Assembly: GCA_965223545.1 (NCBI GenBank)
Contig: OZ245006.1
Location: 192,001 to 256,000, forward strand
DNA from: Planctomycetota bacterium
GTDB taxonomy: Bacteria; Planctomycetota; UBA1135; UBA2386
Length of the DNA stretch: 64,000 bases
Direction of reading: 5' to 3'
Shown here: positions 58,924 to 64,000 of the stretch, one piece after another
Layout: each line of letters begins with the position of its first letter
Numbering within the stretch: position 1 is the stretch's first letter
The notes under the pieces: generated by a model
Databases searched by the model: none
What the model saw: only the letters and a program-made list of their open reading frames with translations
What the model was told of the DNA's origin: nothing
Translations under genes and position numbers: made by a program

Positions 58924-60522
58924 TCAGTGGTGGTGAGGAGTCACGGCGGCACCACCGGCGCGCAGCGCGAGGTCGATCTCGTAACCGCCTCGCACCACGA
59001 CGGGCTCGCCCGGGGCCAGGTGCGAGGACTCGCCCCGCGCCACCACGGCCACGGCATCGTCCCGATACAGCACGACCACCTCGAGCGGCTCGAAGCCCGC
59101 CCCGTGCGGGATGTAGATCAGCCGGTTCTCACCGCTGTCGATCACGGCAGTGCGCGGCAGCACGTAGACGTCGTCCATCACCTCGGTCGGCACCCGCAAC
59201 TCGAAGGGCATGCCGGCGCGCAGCAACCAACCGCGCCGCGGCGCGCCCTCGCCTTCGCCACCGGCGCGCAGCGGAGCGTTGTCGATCGCGCCGAACGCGA
59301 CCGTGACCCCATCCGGGGCGGTCGCACCCAGTGTCTCGAGCACGACGCGCTCGAGCACCGGCCCCGCGCTCGCCGGCACCGGCACGGCCCGGCACACGAG
59401 CCGTCCCCGTACCGCATCCGCCAACAGGCCGGCCTCGCCGCCGACCCCACTGGCTCGCAGCTGCAACCGCCGCGCATCGATCAGCTCGAGCAGCGGCGCG
59501 CCGTGCGCCAGGTGTTGGCCGGGGCGCACGTGCACCGCCCCCACATCCCAGTTGGGGGCGCGGTCGGGCGCGACCACTTCGACGATCGGCTGCCAGGCAC
59601 CCAGCGCGTGCTGCGCCTGCACGTCGGCGAGCGAGCGGCCGCCCAGCAGGGCGCCGGCGAAGGCCAAGAAGCCCGCCCCCGCGTCGGGGGTCGCGGCCAG
59701 CCACTCGGCCACACCGAGATGGCGCCGCTGCGCGACCAGCTCGGCCACAGTGGCGACCGCGAGGGTCAGGCTGCGCAGCTCCTCGGGCAGAACGGCCGCC
59801 AGGGAATCACAGTCGGCGTTCCACAGGCCGTGGTGCGACAGCGTCCGCCGCACTTGCTCCACCGAGTATGGAATGCGGTGCTCGCCCGCCGCCAGCTGCC
59901 GCACTTGCGCGTGCGTGAAACCGTGTCGCTCGAGCTCGTGCGCGGCCAGCTCCAGCGCGAGCGCGGCCCGCTGCTCCTCCTGGCGCAGCTCGATCAAGCG
60001 CTGCCCCGGCACCACCGCATCGTCGTCGGAGAAGCCACCGAGGCGGTCGAGCTCCGCGGCGACCAGGGCGGCTTCGCCGTTGGCGCGCCGCAGTTCCGCG
60101 ATCGCGGCGTGGATCTCGCCGTGATCCGGGGCCGCGAACTCCGCCGTCAAGCGCAGCTCCGGCCAAGGTGTCTCCGCCCGCAGCAGAGTGACCAGAAGAG
60201 TCCCCGCGCCGACCACCGCACCAGATTCCGCCGTCACCGCGACGACCCGACCACCGCACGGCGCAAACAAGGGCTGCACGGTTCCCACGGTCGGTTCCAG
60301 CGTCGCCGACAGCGACCGCGGCACCGAGAACCGGGTCGGCTGCAGGGCCGCGATCTCGATCCCCATCGACTGCCGCACCGCCGCCGAGAACTCGACCTCG
60401 TCGGCACCGGCATCGCCCTCGTCCGCCACGGCCTCGCTGGCCGGCGCCACCAGAGCGGTCCCCAGACCGACGCCCAACGCAAGGCACAGCAGACCGACCA
60501 CGATCACGTCCCACCGCATCAT
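58924..60522 (-). CDS. RND membrane fusion (periplasmic adaptor) protein with long helical insertion
   Basis: N-terminal TM, APCGGRV lipoyl half, PGQ..GAPL.EL, LP..AV, C-terminal PHHH; ATG overlaps the TolC-like stop. Confidence 0.8.
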   Translation of the reverse strand: MMRWDVIVVGLLCLALGVGLGTALVAPASEAVADEGDAGADEVEFSAAVRQSMGIEIAALQPTRFSVPRSLSATLEPTVGTVQPLFAPCGGRVVAVTAESGAVVGAGTLLVTLLRAETPWPELRLTAEFAAPDHGEIHAAIAELRRANGEAALVAAELDRLGGFSDDDAVVPGQRLIELRQEEQRAALALELAAHELERHGFTHAQVRQLAAGEHRIPYSVEQVRRTLSHHGLWNADCDSLAAVLPEELRSLTLAVATVAELVAQRRHLGVAEWLAATPDAGAGFLAFAGALLGGRSLADVQAQHALGAWQPIVEVVAPDRAPNWDVGAVHVRPGQHLAHGAPLLELIDARRLQLRASGVGGEAGLLADAVRGRLVCRAVPVPASAGPVLERVVLETLGATAPDGVTVAFGAIDNAPLRAGGEGEGAPRRGWLLRAGMPFELRVPTEVMDDVYVLPRTAVIDSGENRLIYIPHGAGFEPLEVVVLYRDDAVAVVARGESSHLAPGEPVVVRGGYEIDLALRAGGAAVTPHHH

Positions 60523-61976
60523 CGTTCGGTCCCCGGATCGTGCGCATTCGCCCGCACACCGACCTCCTCGGCCACCGCCGCGTCGACCGGAGTCGCCAGG
60601 ATCGGCGGTGGCGAGACCGCGCCGTCGCCCAGATCGAGCAGCGGCGCACCCACCGCATGCTCCAACCGCGCCCACGCCGCGGCCACCGCGGCATCGGTTT
60701 CGAGCTGCGCCAAGCGCACCAGACGCGCGCTGCGCTCGACCTCGAGCAATCTGCGCGCGTCGCCTACGCCCGCCTCCACTGCTCGCCGAGCGGTGGCGAC
60801 GTTCGCCTCGGCGCGCGGCGCCAAGCGCTCGGCAAACAACCGCGCGCGCTGCAGCGCCGCCGCCAGCGCGCGCCGCGCCGCCGCCAGCTCGGCGTCACCC
60901 ACGGCCAGCGCGGCGGTGTACCGCGTGCGCAGCGCCTCGCGCGCGGCGCGCGCCTCGGCGATGCCCCTCCGATTGCGCGCGAACAAGGGCAGCCGCACGC
61001 CGAAGCCCAGACTGACCACCTGCTTGTCCTCGCCCGGCTCGTCGCTGAACGACGGTCCCAGCACCAGGTCCGGGTACTGCCTCTCGACCTCGAGCCGCAG
61101 CGTCCGTTCGGCCACGGCGAAGGCGGCGCGCAGCCGCACGAGTGCCGGCGAGTGCCGCTGCCAAAGCGCGCGCAGTACCGCGGGATCGGGGATCGCGTCC
61201 GCCAGCGGCGGCGTGTCGACCGCGGAATCGAGCACCGCCGACGGCGGCACGCCGACGCGCGTCGCCAGGCGCTCCGCGACCGCCGCTCGGTGCTCCTCCG
61301 ACTCGAGCTGGTCGGCCTCCGCCCGCAGCTGCTCGAGCTCGAGCGCGGCGACGTCGAGCGCGGTGGCGATCCCCGCCTCGACCGCGCGTTCCGCCAGCTG
61401 CCGCGCCCGACCAGCGGTCTCCACCAGCTCGGCCTGCTGGCCGCGGCGCGCCGCCGCCACGCCGAGCTGCAGGTAGTCGTCGCGCAGCGCCAGGTACTGC
61501 TCGCGCACCGCGCACAGTGCCTCGATCCGCGCCGCCTCGGCCTCGGCGCGCGCCAACGCCGCCGACGCCCCCAAGCGGCCACCCAGCGGGATCTCGATCG
61601 ACAGCGAGGCGAACGGCGTCCACCGCTGACCGCTGACCTCGTCGCCAAAACCCAGCTGCGGCCCGAGCTCGAGAGTGGGATCCGGCCACGCCCCGGCGGC
61701 CGCCAGGCCGGCGCGCGCCACGTCGAGCCGCGCCAGAGCCTCCACTACCGCGGGGCCGTGCGCCACCAGCCACCGCGCGGCGGTGTCGAGCGCCAGCTCG
61801 GGGCCGCCACCCTCGCCGCGGCGGTCGATCGCGCGCAGCATCGCGGCCTGGTCGAGCGGCGCGGGCGCATAAGTCTCACAACCGGCGAGAACGACGAGGC
61901 CCGCACTCAGCACATGCTTCCGCCGACGGCTCGCGACCACTGCCCGCAGGCTAAGCCAGGGGGCGCATGGAGACAA
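60519..61976 (-). CDS. TolC-family outer-membrane efflux lipoprotein
   Basis: LAGC lipobox; WPDPTL, IPLGG, YPDL and LPLF.RN repeats; start uncertain (61940-61976). Confidence 0.85.
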   Translation of the reverse strand: MSPCAPWLSLRAVVASRRRKHVLSAGLVVLAGCETYAPAPLDQAAMLRAIDRRGEGGGPELALDTAARWLVAHGPAVVEALARLDVARAGLAAAGAWPDPTLELGPQLGFGDEVSGQRWTPFASLSIEIPLGGRLGASAALARAEAEAARIEALCAVREQYLALRDDYLQLGVAAARRGQQAELVETAGRARQLAERAVEAGIATALDVAALELEQLRAEADQLESEEHRAAVAERLATRVGVPPSAVLDSAVDTPPLADAIPDPAVLRALWQRHSPALVRLRAAFAVAERTLRLEVERQYPDLVLGPSFSDEPGEDKQVVSLGFGVRLPLFARNRRGIAEARAAREALRTRYTAALAVGDAELAAARRALAAALQRARLFAERLAPRAEANVATARRAVEAGVGDARRLLEVERSARLVRLAQLETDAAVAAAWARLEHAVGAPLLDLGDGAVSPPPILATPVDAAVAEEVGVRANAHDPGTER

Positions 61977-62009
61977 CGCACAGGCCCCCGCGAGCCGGCA
62001 GAACCGGCA

Positions 62010-63014
62010 CTATTCGCCGACGGTCGCACCCCCGCACGAGCTCCCCGCCCCGGCCGTGCAACCGAGGCAGTGGTCGTCGGTCACCACGCGCCGCGCCGCG
62101 AGCCGCGCCACGTCGAGCTCGTGCACGGTCTGCGGCGCCGCCGCCTCGACACCGAGGCCGAGCATCTGGTTGAAGTCGCAGTCGTACAGCCGGCCATCGG
62201 GTCCGACCGAGACCAGATCGCGACACATCAAACCCTCGACGGCCGCCGGGTTGAACGCGTCCAGCAGGCGCTGCCGGTACGCCGCTTCGTTGCCGGAACG
62301 CCGCAGCCACTCCAAGAACCGCGCGATCGGCATGTTGGTGATGCAGTACAACCCGTCGAAGGTGACGTTGAAGCGCTGCGCCAGGGCGCGCTTGTAGTCG
62401 GCCTCGAGCTGGCCCTGCGGGCCGGGCAGGTAGGCGCCGACCGGGTTGTAGACCAGATTGAGCGGGCGCGCCGGATCCCCCCGGCCATAGCCGACGCGGT
62501 TGAGCCGCCGCAGTCCCTCGATGCTCTTGTCGAACACGCCCGCGCCGCGCTGCGCATCGGTGCGCTGCGCGCTGTAGAACGGCAAGCTGGCGACCACCTC
62601 GACCGCGTGCGCCGCCAAGAACTCGGCGAGGTCTTCCTGTCCGGGCTCGAACAACACCGACAGGTTGCACCGGTCCATGACGTGCACGCCGGCCGCGCGG
62701 GCGGTCTGCAGCAGGCGGCGAAAGTGCGGGTTGAGCTCCGGGGCGCCGCCGGTGAGATCCAGAGTGCGGATGCCACCGCCGCGCACCAACCGCTCGACCG
62801 CGGCGGCGACCTCGGCGCCCATGTTGACCTCGGGCCCGGTCTGGTGCGGCCCGGCATCGACGTGGCAGTGCCGGCAGGCCTGGTTGCACTGCTTGCCGAC
62901 GTTGACCTGCAGCGTCGTGAGCCCGCGCGCGCGCAACCGCGGCAGACCGCGCTCCGCCAGCGCCGCGTCGAAGCGGTTGGCCGCCGTGATTCGAGACTCG
63001 CGCGTGGAGGTCAT
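62010..63014 (-). CDS. arsS: Arsenosugar-biosynthesis-type radical SAM protein (DUF3641)
   Basis: LQVNVG..CNQACRHCHV.AGP, LDLTGGAPE, NLVYNP, NMPI.RF, DCDFNQ and HCLGCTAGAGSSCGG motifs. Confidence 0.88.
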   Translation of the reverse strand: MTSTRESRITAANRFDAALAERGLPRLRARGLTTLQVNVGKQCNQACRHCHVDAGPHQTGPEVNMGAEVAAAVERLVRGGGIRTLDLTGGAPELNPHFRRLLQTARAAGVHVMDRCNLSVLFEPGQEDLAEFLAAHAVEVVASLPFYSAQRTDAQRGAGVFDKSIEGLRRLNRVGYGRGDPARPLNLVYNPVGAYLPGPQGQLEADYKRALAQRFNVTFDGLYCITNMPIARFLEWLRRSGNEAAYRQRLLDAFNPAAVEGLMCRDLVSVGPDGRLYDCDFNQMLGLGVEAAAPQTVHELDVARLAARRVVTDDHCLGCTAGAGSSCGGATVGE

Positions 63015-63024
63015 CGGCACGGCC

Positions 63025-63360
63025 TCACATCGAGAGCCCGTCGTGGTGGCCGCGCATCTGCATGCCGTGCACCAAGCTGGCCCCACCGCGGATCGCGCAA
63101 GCCACGTGCACGGCCTCGGTCATCTGCTCCAGGTCGGCGCCGGTCTCGAGCGCGTTCTTCGAGTAGGCGTCGATGCAGTACGGGCACTGCACCGCGTGCG
63201 CCACGGCCAAGGCGATCAGCGACTTCTCGCGGCGCGACAGGGCACCCTCCCCCATCACGGCGCCGTAGTAGTCGAAGAACTTCTGCGCCAGCTCCGGCCG
63301 CGCTTCGCCAATCTTCGCGAAGTCCGCCAAATGGGAGCAGTGGTAGTAGCCGTCGGCCAT
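63025..63360 (-). CDS. ArsS-associated AhpD/carboxymuconolactone-decarboxylase-like peroxidase protein
   Basis: REKSLIALAVAH..QCPYCIDAY and RGGASLVHG motifs; AAGGA RBS; immediately upstream of arsS. Confidence 0.88.
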   Translation of the reverse strand: MADGYYHCSHLADFAKIGEARPELAQKFFDYYGAVMGEGALSRREKSLIALAVAHAVQCPYCIDAYSKNALETGADLEQMTEAVHVACAIRGGASLVHGMQMRGHHDGLSM

Positions 63361-63369
63361 GGTGTCCTT

Positions 63370-63393
63370 GCTGATACGAGTCGCTGATACGAG
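63370..63393. repeat. Perfect 11-bp direct repeat upstream of the peroxidase-arsS genes
   Basis: GCTGATACGAG at 63370-63380 and 63383-63393. Confidence 0.8.
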
Positions 63394-63454
63394 GCTGGCG
63401 CCGCCGCGATCCACGCTACGCCGGGAAACTCCGTCCGGCAAACCGCGGCGCCGG

Positions 63455-64000
63455 TCATCGGTGGCCGAACTCGGCGCTCAGGCCGACGTAGGCGGTAAAA
63501 TCGGGGGCGACGAACGACGACAGATCCTCGCCAAAGCCGACGTCCAACCACCAGCCCTCGGCGAGCCGACCGCGAGCGGTGGTCCACAGCAGCCACTGCG
63601 GATCGCTGGCGCGGCCGAAATCCAGCGCGCGCAGGGTCGAGGTCTCCGCCTCGACCTGTACGAGCACGGCCCAATCGTCGTGGAACGCCCACTCGACGCC
63701 GACCCCGCCGGCGGTGACGTCGCCGAACGAGAAGCCGTTGCGCCGCGCGGGCGCGGGGTTGCCGGCGCGGCTGTGGCCGGCGTGCGCCGACCACTGCCAC
63801 GCCCCACTGCGCCACGCCGCGTACACCCCGCCGCCCCAGTCGACCTGGCCGGAGCCGAAGCCGCGGTCGTCGTCGCCGGTCGGCCACTCGGCGCCGATGC
63901 GCACTCCGGCGCCGAACGGCCGGCGCGCGGTCTGCGGCAAGAACGTCCACGACAGGACGGTGGGCACGTCACCGAGCGCCAGGCTGGTCTCCCGCTGCTC
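63455..64000 (-). CDS. DUF3187-like outer-membrane beta-barrel protein (5' end off window)
   Basis: EWPTGD..GSG.VD, alternating beta-strands and C-terminal EDL...APDFT. Confidence 0.65.
   Translation of the reverse strand, partial: EQRETSLALGDVPTVLSWTFLPQTARRPFGAGVRIGAEWPTGDDDRGFGSGQVDWGGGVYAAWRSGAWQWSAHAGHSRAGNPAPARRNGFSFGDVTAGGVGVEWAFHDDWAVLVQVEAETSTLRALDFGRASDPQWLLWTTARGRLAEGWWLDVGFGEDLSSFVAPDFTAYVGLSAEFGHR

Noticed and set aside
56230..61476. 1748-aa plus-strand ORF and many other long overlapping ORFs (e.g. 42-1745, 6980-9316, 16436-19330, 49362-51800, 60540-63374)
   Set aside because: Antisense or alternate-frame shadows of well-supported genes; Arg/Ala/Pro-rich with no motifs, as expected in very high-GC DNA.
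62010..62080. Selenocysteine in the ArsS C-terminal motif
   Set aside because: SSCGG is encoded with TGC; there is no in-frame TGA.

Overview
Very GC-rich (roughly 70%+ by eye), gene-dense bacterial chromosomal segment. It is most consistent with a Planctomycetota genome, an inference from the planctomycete-type ECF sigma/Ser-Thr kinase pair, a prepilin with a DUF1559-like tail, FG-GAP proteins and a prenyltransferase-repeat protein. About 46 CDS are supported. Housekeeping genes: DUF1015, class V aminotransferase, serA, yraN, yajC, mnmA, HU, miaB, ribD, Nfu, thiC, cvpA. Also present: two orphan priming glycosyltransferases, an IS1-like element, hydrolases, and a long minus-strand ArsS/TolC-MFP-RND/YeeE run. 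No rRNA, tRNA or CRISPR array was recognised. Three observations stand out. (1) An MtrAB-like porin-cytochrome pair in which the MtrA/DmsE homologue has 18 CxxCH motifs (triplicated 4-heme N-module) and the porin carries three further hemes on a fused copy of that module. (2) A TPR-ExbB-ExbD operon whose fourth gene fuses a TolB-like propeller, a TonB/TolA-type SxxxH helix, a repetitive linker of about 750 aa and a prenyltransferase-like alpha-barrel. (3) A shared C-terminal domain of about 120 aa on three unrelated secreted proteins, a candidate sorting signal. All family calls are from motif recognition by eye; no searches were run.
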